From assembly GCF_014889545.1 (NCBI RefSeq), contig NZ_QKOF01000007.1, positions 165,718 to 197,717 on the forward strand: a stretch of DNA of 32,000 nucleotides, written 5' to 3'. A program made the translations under genes and the position numbers. This DNA comes from Methanothermobacter thermautotrophicus (GTDB lineage: Archaea > Methanobacteriota > Methanobacteria > Methanobacteriales > Methanothermobacteraceae). Shown here piece by piece: positions 1-9,066 of the stretch. Each line of letters begins with the position of its first letter. Position 1 is the stretch's first letter. Below the pieces are notes generated by a model, which was given only the letters and a program-made list of their open reading frames with translations, did not search any database and was not told where the DNA came from.

Positions 1-483
1 ATAGTGCTGGCTCAGGGTTTCAGGGTCGACCATGTTCTCCTGGCACTCGCTGAAGAAGGCCTGGATGAGGGGGAATCTCTCCCTCTGCAGATTGCTGAGC
101 CCCAGCTGGTCCCTGTGCTCGTATATGAACATGAGCTGGTTCTCCTCATCCATGACATGGAAGTTTGAGCCGAGGGAGTGGTGGTCCGGGTACATGCGGA
201 GTATGCGGTTGCAGAAGGAGTGTATGGTTGATATCTGCATCTCCTCAGCCCTTCCACCCACACGCTTGATTATCCTCTCCTTCAGTTCATCTGCAGCCTT
301 CCTGGTGAAGGTTATTACGACCAGGGATGATGGTTCAACACCCCTCTCATCTATGAGGTGGGCGACCCTCTCCACTATGATCCTGGTCTTCCCTGCCCCG
401 GGCCCTGCGACCACCAGGAGGGGACCTGTGAAGTGTTCAACTGCTCTGCGCTGTTCATCTGTGAGCTGAATCTCCCCTGTCAT
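1..483 (-). CDS. UvrD/Rep-like superfamily I DNA helicase, N-terminal part (gene runs off the left edge)
   Basis: Minus-strand translation from ATG at 483: MTGEIQLTDEQRRAVEHFTGPLLVVAGPGAGKTRIIVERVAHLIDERGVEPSSLVVITFTRKAADELKERI...STIHSFCNRILR. Q-motif (LTDEQRRAV), Walker A (GPGAGKT), motif Ia (TFTRKAADEL) and TIHSF are typical of UvrD/PcrA. The frame is open to base 1. It is missing from the ORF track, presumably because it is partial. Confidence 0.9.
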   Translation of the reverse strand, partial: MTGEIQLTDEQRRAVEHFTGPLLVVAGPGAGKTRIIVERVAHLIDERGVEPSSLVVITFTRKAADELKERIIKRVGGRAEEMQISTIHSFCNRILRMYPDHHSLGSNFHVMDEENQLMFIYEHRDQLGLSNLQRERFPLIQAFFSECQENMVDPETLSQHY

Positions 484-580
484 GAATGGCACCCCATAAA
501 TGTTATTCTATGGTTTCCATCCACTTTTATAGTTTTTCCATTGAATTCCCGTCCTGTGAATTTACTGTGCATAGATTCAT

Positions 581-678
581 TAAGGGTACAGGGACAGCTA
601 CAGAGAACCCTTAAATCATATAAACCACTGGAGGACGATTCTGTTAAGAGGACAGGAACAGCTACAGAGAACCTTAAA
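581..678. repeat. Imperfect direct repeat, copies 581-615 and 645-678
   Basis: taagggtacagggacagctacagagaacccttaaa versus taagaggacaggaacagctacagagaa-ccttaaa, 64 bp apart. A shorter piece (gaggacaggaac) recurs at 778-789. Confidence 0.8.
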
Positions 679-738
679 GCAGGTCCGGACCCAATCCTGG
701 ATTCAGGAAAGGAAAAGCCACATGCAGTGAGATTCTAC

Positions 739-768
739 TCCTCAGGCCATTGAATTGGCCTGCTGAGG
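739..768. repeat. Inverted repeat (possible hairpin)
   Basis: caggcca(743-749) ttgaat tggcctg(756-762), a perfect 7-bp stem with a 6-nt loop. Flanking cctcag (740-745) and ctgagg (763-768) are also complementary. Confidence 0.6.
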
Positions 769-1345
769 TTCCCGCATGAGGACAGGAACTGATGACGGAA
801 GCCATGGGAGGACGCCTGCGGTAGGGAGAAAGATGACCTCAATGGATTCAAAAAAACCATTCAAGGGTGTGAAAGAATGTGGTTTTTCCTGTGGCTATAA
901 ACGGGACGATAGCTGGACTCGAATTTGTTTCAAGAACTGAGGCCTGCAGGCGGCTCCAATGACAGGATCATAGGAGGTTATGCCATTGAGGCCATTCTGC
1001 ATGAGAGGGTCAGATATGGTGCCATAGAGCAGGGTAGCTTCATTGAGGAGATAATGGGTGCAAGAGCTACCCATCCGCCGGTTACGGTACAGACCACAGG
1101 TACACCTCAGATCACATTACCGGTTCAGCCCTCACACACGGGGGTGAGGTGGTGCACTCTGTTTTCTTCAGACTGAGGAATGATTGCAGCAAGACCAGTT
1201 ACCGTACTGTGATAAGAAACAACAACAAACAGGTCCACCCATTACCCTTCAAATCATATAAATTTTACATTATAATAATTAAAGTTAATTTTAAATACTG
1301 CCTCTCTTAAAATAAATCTGAATAAAATTAAAGGGAGGTGAAATT

Positions 1346-4300
1346 ATCAGGAGATTAATGGCACTGGTTGCAGTGATACTCACAGTCTCACTCGCAGGAA
1401 CTGTCAGTGCAGCTGAGGTGACAGGACACGTCAGGGAGATCTACAATGAAACATCAGGGACATACACAACCCTTGAAAATGCGCTGCCAGTCAGAAACGC
1501 CACTGTAACCATAATACATAATGGATCGGTCCTCAATGAAACACATACAGCGCCGGATGGTTCATACAGAATCAACTTCAACGACACATTCCCTGCGGTT
1601 GTCCAGATAAAGTATTCCAGCTACAGGACAGCCACCTACACCATCAACGGCTCATGCACCATCAACCACACCTTCATGCCAGATATAGCCATAATAAGTT
1701 CGGTTCCAGAGAAGGGCCGCATCCTCAAATCAATGAACAACCGGAGGATAATCTACCATGACATGTGGGATCCATCATCAGCGGCAAACGACTGGATAAT
1801 GGAGTACGTGAACTTCGCCTACCTGGACATGGCCATGCCCGGGACAGGATGGGGCGACTCATGGTACCCCTACCTCCTCAGGAGCCCTGCAAACCAGAGG
1901 AACATGATAGCAGCGGCCTTTGGTTACCCCACAGATACAGACAGCGACCCCTGGGGGGGCACGGGGCTGAACCTCCTGGGCGGAACCCCTGGAAACGACA
2001 CAGCAGACACCATCGAGAACACCTACATTGCAAGCTACTATGCCCTTGCATCAGGGACAGCTGCCAGGGAGAACCTGGAGAACATGGTCAGGTACATCCA
2101 GTACCTCATGGGTGAGACCACCTTCAACCCCGTGGAGAATGGCCAGGGCCCTGTCATGGCATCCCCTGACTGGGGACTCTACCACCCTGACCGTGGTGTT
2201 ATGAGCGTCTCGGCAACCAGGGAACAGATAAGGGCCTGGATAGAGGGCAACCCCGGGTTCATCCCACCCTATGACAGCCTGAGGTGGATAGATCAGAACT
2301 TCTCATCATGGGCAGAAAACCAGCGGGCAGATCTCTACAGGAACTTCGAGAACTGGTACAGTGCAAACAAGAACATAACAGGACCCTTCATTGTTGTTGT
2401 AAGTTACGGTCCATCAGCTACAGTGGACGCACTGATCAGGGAGGCCGAGAGGCAGGGAAGGGCCGCCTTCAACCTCTACCAGGGCGCCACCAGCCCTGCG
2501 GTGAGTTCACTCCTCGAGGAGCTCACACTGGGTGTCAACGGTAAGGGGCCCCTGAACCGCAACATAAGCGCCGTCATATCCCTCTACTCATGGTCCCTCA
2601 ACTACGCAAACCTGCCATCCGGCGGGGCCCTCAGCGAACTTGAGAGGATCAACCTGCCCGTACTGAAGGCTGTGCAGCTATACAGCAACTCAAGCCTGAC
2701 AAACCCCATGGGTGCACAGTACGAGTGGACCTGGCAGGTCACAATACCTGGATTTGAGGGCGTTTTCTCACCCGTGGTTGTATCATACACCGATTCATCA
2801 CAGAATGAAGTCGTGGTTCAGTCAGGGGTCCAGAAGATGGTCAAACTGGCTGATGCCTGGGCCAGGCTCAGGGAACTTGAAAATTCAGAGAAGAAGATTG
2901 CGGTGATACTCTACAGCTACCCCCCTGGTAAGGATGGATTCACGGCATCATACCTTGACGTCTTCAGGAGCCTCCATGAACTCCTTGTGAAGCTCAATGA
3001 GAGCGGCTACAGGGTTGAGAGGATACCATCACCTGAGGAGCTCTACACCATCGTCTCAGAGTTCGGTAATAAGGGCACCTGGGCCCAGCCACTTCTTGAG
3101 AGGTATGTGTCAGAGCACAGGAGGGAGCTGGAAGCCAGAGGTCAGCTGCTCGACATCCAGAGGTACCTTGAATGGTTCAACGCCCTCCCTGAGAAGCTGC
3201 GCTCAGAGGTCATATCAAGGTGGGGCCAGCCCCCAGGCAACATAATGACGGTTAACGGGTCCATCGTCATCCCTGGTCTGATGCTGGGGAACATCTTCAT
3301 AACTGTCCAGCCGGCCCGTGGCTGGGATGAGGTCACAGACTACCATAACCCATATCTGCCACCCCACCACCAGTACCTGGCCTTCTACCGCTGGATCGAT
3401 GAGGTCCTAGGCGCCGATGCCATGGTCCACCTGGGGACCCATGGAACCCTCGAGTTCCTCCCGGGAAGGATGATCGGCCTCATGGAGGATGACTGGCCCT
3501 TCCAGCTCACCAGTCTGCCCAACATATACCCATACATAGTCTCAAACCCTGGTGAGGGAATGGTGGCAAAGGACCGCAGCGGTGCACTCATCATAGACCA
3601 CATGACACCTGCAATGGTCCAGAGTGGCCTCTACGGTGCACTCATTGAGATCCACGACCTCATCCACCAGTACGAGAACGCCCTTAAGGTCGGTAACAAC
3701 CAGATACTCCCTGCACTGGAATCCCGGATAAAGACTGAGGCCTCAGAGATGGGCTTCAACATGACCGGTAACTTCACAGAGGCCCTCGAGAGACTCCACC
3801 TCAGTCTACATGAGATAGAGTCAGACATAATACCCCTGGGACTCCACAGCCTCGGCAGGGTCCTTGAGGGTGACGAGCTCCTGGAGGAGGTTCTCACCAT
3901 AGCATCATCAAGGTCAGATCTCCTCGAGAATATCAGGAAACAGCTCTATCCGGGTCTGCCAGCCTACACTGAGATGCTGAAGGACCCACTGCGCTACAGT
4001 GACGAGATAGCCTCAGTGAAGAACCTTGCACGTCTATGGATAGGCAGCATCATAAACGGTACTGTGCCCTCCGGGATAAATGCCACGGACCTTGAGTTCA
4101 TCAATGACACCATCATGAAGATACGTGGAAACACCGAATGGCAGAGCATCCTCGCAGCGCTCTCAGGTGGATTCATAAGACCTGGACTTGCAGGGGACCC
4201 TGCCTGGTGTGACGTACTTCCAACAGGCGCCAACTTCTACTCAACAAACCCCAGGAAGATGCCCACAAGGGCTGCATGGGAGACCGCAGTGAGGATAGTT

Positions 4301-5818
4301 GATTCGATGCTTGCAGAGTACTACCAGAAGCATGGCAGCTTCCCTGAACTCATCGGTATGGTTATGTGGGGCACTGAACTCCTGAGGACCGACGGGATAG
4401 CCATTGCAGAGTTCCTATACCTTCTCGGAGTTAAACCCCAGTGGAACAGTAACGGTGACGTCAACCCAGCCCCGGTCCTCATGAATGCATCAGAACTCAT
4501 GATAACAGTGAACGGTACCCGGATACCAAGGCCACGTATAGACGTATTTGTAACAGCAGTCACAGGTAACCAGCTCTGGATAGACCTCATGAATAAGGCC
4601 GTTGAACTTGCAGCTTCAGCCAGTGACACCGAGAACTATGTGAAAAAACATTACAGTGAATGCGGATCCCTTGACCGTGTATTCGGTCTCAGGGGACTCG
4701 TACTCGAGGGTACTGGTGTATCTGATATGACACCTGCAACCTCAAGGTGGAACACCAGCAGTGAACTCGCAGACGTCTACCTGTCAAGGGTATCCTATGC
4801 CTGGAGGTCCACCCCAGGAGGCGTGGATATACAGCAGAACCGGGGCACGTTCCAGTACCTCCTGGGTAAGGTGAACCTGGTGACACAGAACCTGGACAGC
4901 ACATGGAGGCTGATGGACACCGACGACTACTATGACTGGTTCGGTGGAATGGTCCTCGCATCAAGGCACCTGGGAGGTAACCCCGATACAGCTCTTATAG
5001 ATATAAGGAACAGGAACACGGTTACAGTGAGAACGGTGGCCGAGGAGATTGAACTTGAGATCAGATCCCAGCTCCTCAACCCGAAGTACATGGATTCCCT
5101 CCTCAATTCACCCAGCGGGTGGCTTGAATATGCTTCAAGGTACAAAAATGTCTTTGGAATTGCAGTTACAACCGGCAGCGTCAGCAATGAACTCTGGGAC
5201 CAGCTCGCAAGGAACCTTCTGAGTGACCGCTTCAGGGCATCCGGGGGCTATGAGGCCACTGCAACACAGTCCATGATTGCCTGGGTCCTTGAAGCCGCAA
5301 GGAGAAACATCTGGAGCGCCGACGGTTCCCTGGTGAGGGATCTTGCAAACCGTTACATTGAACTCGCAGGAGAGTACGGTGTTGTCTGCTGCCACCACAC
5401 CTGCGCAAACATTGTCTTCAATAACTGGGTGGTTAAGGTCTCATCCCTCAACCAGGCATCCCTCAAGAAGTTTGCAGCTGCACTGGCTGCAGCCACAGGG
5501 AAGTCCATTGATGTCCCTGGCTCTGATGGTTCACAGCCAGGATCAGCAAATGATGGTAGTGGGGTCGGCGAGACAGGTAAACCGGATTCAGGTTCCGCAG
5601 GATCTGCAGGTAGCAGTTCATCAGGCAGTGCATCCACTTCATCATCAGATGCTGCTGGAGAGTCATCATCCAGTGAAGGGAGAGAATCAGGGAAGGCCTA
5701 TGAGGTTTCAGCCTCAAATAGCAGCGGTTCAGCAGAGAGTCAGGTGCCCCTCTATGCAATTCTGGGTGTCGTGGCACTTGTACTGCTCGTAGGATTTGGT
5801 TACTTCAGGGGTAAATAA
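1346..5818 (+). CDS. Secreted/surface-anchored cobaltochelatase CobN / magnesium chelatase H-like protein
   Basis: The ORF contains CobN-family motifs (ADAMVHLGTHGTLEFLPGRMIGLMEDDWPFQL, LPNIYPYIVSNPGEGMVAKDRSGALIIDHMTPAMVQSGLYGALIEI). It also has an N-terminal signal peptide, an Ig/CNA-B-like segment at about residues 20-90, a Ser/Gly-rich linker and a C-terminal TM helix (VPLYAILGVVALVLLVGFGYFRGK). The ORF track starts at ATG 1358; SD GGAGGTGA at 1334-1341 suggests an upstream non-AUG start at 1346 (ATC) or 1343 (ATT). Confidence 0.9.
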   Translation: MRRLMALVAVILTVSLAGTVSAAEVTGHVREIYNETSGTYTTLENALPVRNATVTIIHNGSVLNETHTAPDGSYRINFNDTFPAVVQIKYSSYRTATYTINGSCTINHTFMPDIAIISSVPEKGRILKSMNNRRIIYHDMWDPSSAANDWIMEYVNFAYLDMAMPGTGWGDSWYPYLLRSPANQRNMIAAAFGYPTDTDSDPWGGTGLNLLGGTPGNDTADTIENTYIASYYALASGTAARENLENMVRYIQYLMGETTFNPVENGQGPVMASPDWGLYHPDRGVMSVSATREQIRAWIEGNPGFIPPYDSLRWIDQNFSSWAENQRADLYRNFENWYSANKNITGPFIVVVSYGPSATVDALIREAERQGRAAFNLYQGATSPAVSSLLEELTLGVNGKGPLNRNISAVISLYSWSLNYANLPSGGALSELERINLPVLKAVQLYSNSSLTNPMGAQYEWTWQVTIPGFEGVFSPVVVSYTDSSQNEVVVQSGVQKMVKLADAWARLRELENSEKKIAVILYSYPPGKDGFTASYLDVFRSLHELLVKLNESGYRVERIPSPEELYTIVSEFGNKGTWAQPLLERYVSEHRRELEARGQLLDIQRYLEWFNALPEKLRSEVISRWGQPPGNIMTVNGSIVIPGLMLGNIFITVQPARGWDEVTDYHNPYLPPHHQYLAFYRWIDEVLGADAMVHLGTHGTLEFLPGRMIGLMEDDWPFQLTSLPNIYPYIVSNPGEGMVAKDRSGALIIDHMTPAMVQSGLYGALIEIHDLIHQYENALKVGNNQILPALESRIKTEASEMGFNMTGNFTEALERLHLSLHEIESDIIPLGLHSLGRVLEGDELLEEVLTIASSRSDLLENIRKQLYPGLPAYTEMLKDPLRYSDEIASVKNLARLWIGSIINGTVPSGINATDLEFINDTIMKIRGNTEWQSILAALSGGFIRPGLAGDPAWCDVLPTGANFYSTNPRKMPTRAAWETAVRIVDSMLAEYYQKHGSFPELIGMVMWGTELLRTDGIAIAEFLYLLGVKPQWNSNGDVNPAPVLMNASELMITVNGTRIPRPRIDVFVTAVTGNQLWIDLMNKAVELAASASDTENYVKKHYSECGSLDRVFGLRGLVLEGTGVSDMTPATSRWNTSSELADVYLSRVSYAWRSTPGGVDIQQNRGTFQYLLGKVNLVTQNLDSTWRLMDTDDYYDWFGGMVLASRHLGGNPDTALIDIRNRNTVTVRTVAEEIELEIRSQLLNPKYMDSLLNSPSGWLEYASRYKNVFGIAVTTGSVSNELWDQLARNLLSDRFRASGGYEATATQSMIAWVLEAARRNIWSADGSLVRDLANRYIELAGEYGVVCCHHTCANIVFNNWVVKVSSLNQASLKKFAAALAAATGKSIDVPGSDGSQPGSANDGSGVGETGKPDSGSAGSAGSSSSGSASTSSSDAAGESSSSEGRESGKAYEVSASNSSGSAESQVPLYAILGVVALVLLVGFGYFRGK

Positions 5819-5840
5819 CCCCAATTCCTTTTTTTTAAGG
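5819..5840 (+). terminator. Poly-T transcription terminator after the CobN-like gene
   Basis: An uninterrupted T8 tract (5829-5836) lies directly after the stop codon, consistent with archaeal intrinsic termination. Confidence 0.5.
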
Positions 5841-5895
5841 CTCATAAAATTAATCATGGCCATGAGCTGCATCAGCTCTTAAACTAAGCATCATT

Positions 5896-6756
5896 CTAAA
5901 GGCAGCCCACCTGTTTCCTGAGTTCAGTCAGAACACGCAGCAGAAGTTTGCTGGTGAGGTGCCACTCCCCTCCCCTCAGCTCCACGAGGCCCCGGAGCTC
6001 AAGCCCCTCAATTTCCTCATCACCAACAGCCCCCTCTGGTATGGGGGCGTCACAGAGATCAGAGAGGATTCTCTTCTCCACGGGACTGAGCTGTGATAGC
6101 TCCACCATCCAGGGAAATGCGATCTGCTGAAACTTGGCAGTGAAGTTCTCCTCCAGCAGCGCCGGCCCATAGATGACCCCATCTGAGAGGACGTTCAGGA
6201 AGCTGTCAATGAAGAGGGGAAGCCCCTCTGTGAGTCTGTAGATGTAATCCAGACCTGCAGCTGTGGCCCTGAATTTGGGTGCCTTCATGCGGATGTAGTT
6301 CTCTGTTTCCCTATCCCTAAGGGGTGGTATGTTGACGATGGCCAGTTCAGGTATTCCCTCTTCAATCAAATCCAGTAAGTGTCTGCTGTAGGTGGTGGAG
6401 ACCGCGCATCCCATTGAGTACATACTGCTCATCTTCCAGGCCTCCCTGAAGGCTGATGGTTCAGGTGGCATTGAATCTATGAGGATGTTCCACTCAACAG
6501 TCCTGGCCAGCGCCATTATCCTCCTGAAGTCTGGTATCCCCTCATGGACCTCCCTTATATCGGCGCACCTCATATCGATTAGAGTTGTCCTGCTGGGGTT
6601 CTCCCCATGGAGTTTCCTAAGAATAGCTGTTTTTCCGGAGCCCCTCATACCTGTTACAATCACGAATCCAGGGTCATTGAGGCATTCCCTGATCCTTACA
6701 AGTTCCCTTTCCCTTCCAAAAAACACATCAGTCCTGTTCAGGGAGATTATGGGCAT
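5896..6756 (-). CDS. Archaeal/STAND-like AAA ATPase
   Basis: FFGRERELVRIRECL...VIVTGMRGSGKTAILRKL (Walker A), NILIDSM (candidate Walker B without the usual acidic pair), archaeal-ATPase-like middle region and a C-terminal wHTH-like segment (SPVEKRILSDL...LELRGLVELRGGEWHLTSKLLLRVL). Lies 19 bp downstream of the CARF-HTH gene on the same strand. Confidence 0.8.
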   Translation of the reverse strand: MPIISLNRTDVFFGRERELVRIRECLNDPGFVIVTGMRGSGKTAILRKLHGENPSRTTLIDMRCADIREVHEGIPDFRRIMALARTVEWNILIDSMPPEPSAFREAWKMSSMYSMGCAVSTTYSRHLLDLIEEGIPELAIVNIPPLRDRETENYIRMKAPKFRATAAGLDYIYRLTEGLPLFIDSFLNVLSDGVIYGPALLEENFTAKFQQIAFPWMVELSQLSPVEKRILSDLCDAPIPEGAVGDEEIEGLELRGLVELRGGEWHLTSKLLLRVLTELRKQVGCL

Positions 6757-6775
6757 AAATACACTTATTCATGTT

Positions 6776-7378
6776 TTAGAGTACTGCGAGTTCGCCGGCT
6801 GAGGTTATTTCAAGCTTTTCCCGGTCGATGAAGCCCATGTCACGGAGTTCCCTTATGTGGTTGTAGGTCATCCCCCTGCTTATGCCTATCTTAACTGCAA
6901 GGTTTTTAACGGATTTTTCACCGGCCTTGAGCTCCTCAAGGACCTGTTTCTTTGTCTTGGAGATTCCGAAGCTCAGTATTGGGAGGTCTATCAGTTCATT
7001 GTCCTCCTCAGTCACATAGACTATGCGCTGGACGTCGTGGTTTCTTGCGTAGCAGCCAAAGAGTGCGCCGAGTGCCTGGGTCTTCCTGCCCCCGCTTATG
7101 TTCACAACCACACGCCTTCCATGGGCCCTTTCCTCGTCTATGATCTCCACCATATCCCTTGCAATGCTCACAACGTCATAGAGGCTGGTCTCAAAGGTTG
7201 TTATCTCGACGAAGTTGCCGAGGGTGTCCCTGAGAACCTGCTCCACCTGCTCCTTTTCCCTGGGAGCCTTGTCCTCCTTGAGTAAAACCACCTTTCGCGG
7301 TGAGAACTGTGTTATGCAGAACATCACCGGTTCAATGGAGTATATCGTGGATATAAGCGTGGTATCCATTATTATCAC
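6776..7378 (-). CDS. Csa3-like CARF domain + winged HTH transcriptional regulator
   Basis: [27 protein letters not shown]...[46 protein letters not shown] is a CARF/Csa3-type Rossmann core. [57 protein letters not shown] is a wHTH. Confidence 0.8.
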   Translation of the reverse strand: MIIMDTTLISTIYSIEPVMFCITQFSPRKVVLLKEDKAPREKEQVEQVLRDTLGNFVEITTFETSLYDVVSIARDMVEIIDEERAHGRRVVVNISGGRKTQALGALFGCYARNHDVQRIVYVTEEDNELIDLPILSFGISKTKKQVLEELKAGEKSVKNLAVKIGISRGMTYNHIRELRDMGFIDREKLEITSAGELAVL

Positions 7379-7792
7379 GTCCCTCCTGTTTTCCTATCCC
7401 AAAGTTTTGTTCACGGAAAACAATTCATCATATTTGAGTTTATATTCTCTGATTACTCTATATATAATTTTCCTATTTTGATTTTACATTCATAAAAAAC
7501 GCTTTTTTCTATCAGATCATGAGGTATCCTGCAGGATTAAATTTACAGCTAGCAGCATTCATCATCATACCCTGAATTTTAATTCATCCCAATATGGAGA
7601 TGATGAGATTTCTCTGAGGATACCATGACAGTGAAGGATTGTATAATGAAGTTAATGAAGGCGGCATCCTACCAGTGAAAAAAATTTCTTATCGATGTGG
7701 CTGATATTTGATTATGTCAATAAAAAATGTTAACATTTAAATATAATGAGATGCCTATCATATTTTAGATCCATTGATACATGGTGGTGTGT

Positions 7793-8119
7793 ATGAGGTT
7801 CAGGTACATATGTCACAGAAAACCGGAGCGAACATTCTCATTCAGGGGGCACTACTTCCCTGTTTGTTCAAGGTGTACCGGCATATACCTGGGGGCCTTC
7901 ACCTATTTCCTGTATGCATTCCTCATACCTGTGAAGTATAATGCATCAGCCGTTCTCATGGCGTCCCTCCTTGTGCTGCCGACCTTCATTGACGGATTCA
8001 CCCAGCTGATGGGTTACAGAGAAAGCAACAATGTTCTGAGATTCTCAACTGGGCTGCCAGCAGGTATTGGACTGGCAGTGCTTACAAAGGTCCTCAAACA
8101 TCTCATACTCCACCTCTGA
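7793..8119 (+). CDS. DUF2085-family membrane protein
   Basis: [36 protein letters not shown]: the CHRKPERTF and CSRCTG motifs of the DUF2085 family, with TM segments. Start taken at ATG 7793; the track has 7781. Confidence 0.75.
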   Translation: MRFRYICHRKPERTFSFRGHYFPVCSRCTGIYLGAFTYFLYAFLIPVKYNASAVLMASLLVLPTFIDGFTQLMGYRESNNVLRFSTGLPAGIGLAVLTKVLKHLILHL

Positions 8120-8152
8120 TACTCAATGGATCAAAAAGAGGAAGTATTCTAA

Positions 8153-8638
8153 ATGAGCTGGTGGAAGGAACAGAGTTCAGCCACCAGGGCCGGCGTCCTC
8201 ATAGGTGCACTGTGCCTTGGTATGATACTGATAGTTGCGATAGCTGGAATGATGGCCCCGGATAACACACAAAGCGGAGCAGAATCCATAGAGGATAGTT
8301 CTGGAGCCACAGAAACTGGATCAGGTGTGAAGGTTGAGGATCTTCACGTTGTCGCAGAGGGCTATGGAAGCTACTCTGTGAAGGGAAAGATCACACCCCT
8401 CAGTGACTTCTCATACCTGGAGATGCACCTCAAGTGGTATGACTCAGAGGGAAACCTTCTTCAGGACAATCCCCTCGCATGGAACATAAACGATGCCAGG
8501 ACCGGACAGGCAGTTAAGTTCAGTGCAGTGGACTACATTGACACCGGGACACCAAGCAAGGTTGAGGTACTTATCTTCAGTGATTCTTTCAGTGGTGATG
8601 AGAGCTCAGCCATCTACAGGACAACATTAAAAGTTTAA
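8153..8638 (+). CDS. Hypothetical membrane-anchored protein with FxLYD-like extracytoplasmic domain
   Basis: N-terminal TM (AGVLIGALCLGMILIVAIAGMM) followed by a beta-rich domain (VVAEGYGSYSVKGKITPLSDFSYLEMHLKWYDSEGNLLQDNPLAWNINDARTGQAVKFSA). Upstream purine-rich SD. Confidence 0.55.
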   Translation: MSWWKEQSSATRAGVLIGALCLGMILIVAIAGMMAPDNTQSGAESIEDSSGATETGSGVKVEDLHVVAEGYGSYSVKGKITPLSDFSYLEMHLKWYDSEGNLLQDNPLAWNINDARTGQAVKFSAVDYIDTGTPSKVEVLIFSDSFSGDESSAIYRTTLKV

Positions 8639-8648
8639 ATGGAGGTGA

Positions 8649-8969
8649 ATGGATATGAAGGATGCTCCAGAAACATCAAGGACACTGGAACTCGTCCTTG
8701 GAATAATAGGTGGAATATTCGGTCTGCTTGGAGGACTTTTTGCCATTGTGTTCTCGGTGTTCGGGGCCGAGCTTCTATACCTTGGTATGAGCGCAATTCT
8801 GGCCTCGATTGTGGGTATCATCGGATCTGTTTATGTCAGGGAGAACCCCCTCAGGGGTGGTGCTGTGCTTATAATAAGTGCAGTATGGCTCCTCATAAGC
8901 ATATCCGCCTTTGCGATTCCCGGCACAGTTTTCCTTGGTATTGCAGGAGTTCTTGCCCTTGTAAGGTAG
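8649..8969 (+). CDS. Small polytopic membrane protein (DUF4064-like)
   Basis: LELVLGIIGGIFGLLGGLFAIVFSVFGA...ILASIVGIIGSVYV...GGAVLIISAVWLLISISAFAIPGTVFLGIAGVLALVR, with SD GGAGGTGA at 8641. The start is ATG 8649 or 8655. Confidence 0.7.
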   Translation: MDMKDAPETSRTLELVLGIIGGIFGLLGGLFAIVFSVFGAELLYLGMSAILASIVGIIGSVYVRENPLRGGAVLIISAVWLLISISAFAIPGTVFLGIAGVLALVR

Positions 8970-9032
8970 GACTCCCCGCAAAAATTTTTTCCATTGGTAT
9001 TGCAGGAGTTCTTGCCCTTGTAAGGTAGGACT
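8935..9032. repeat. 39-bp perfect direct repeat (8935-8973 and 8994-9032), 59-bp period
   Basis: ttggtattgcaggagttcttgcccttgtaaggtaggact occurs twice. The first copy holds the last codons and stop (TAG 8967-8969) of the upstream gene. Confidence 0.97.
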
Positions 9033-9066
9033 TCTCTACAAAATTTCTTTATGTGGAGGTATTCTA

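Noticed and set aside
5896-7378. A CRISPR-Cas locus near the Csa3-like gene
   Set aside because: No array of regularly spaced repeats and no cas gene is present in this window. The CARF-HTH protein alone is not evidence of a locus.
7590-7680. Possible C/D box sRNA (atgatga ... ctga) near 7600-7617
   Set aside because: The distance between the C-like and D'-like boxes is only about 7-8 nt, too short for a guide, and no convincing C'/D pair follows.
8639-9028. 129-aa plus-strand ORF running through the duplicated segment
   Set aside because: It begins with the SD of the real gene (ATGGAGGTG) and is out of frame with the clear membrane protein ORF 8649-8969. It stays open partly because of the 59-bp out-of-frame duplication.
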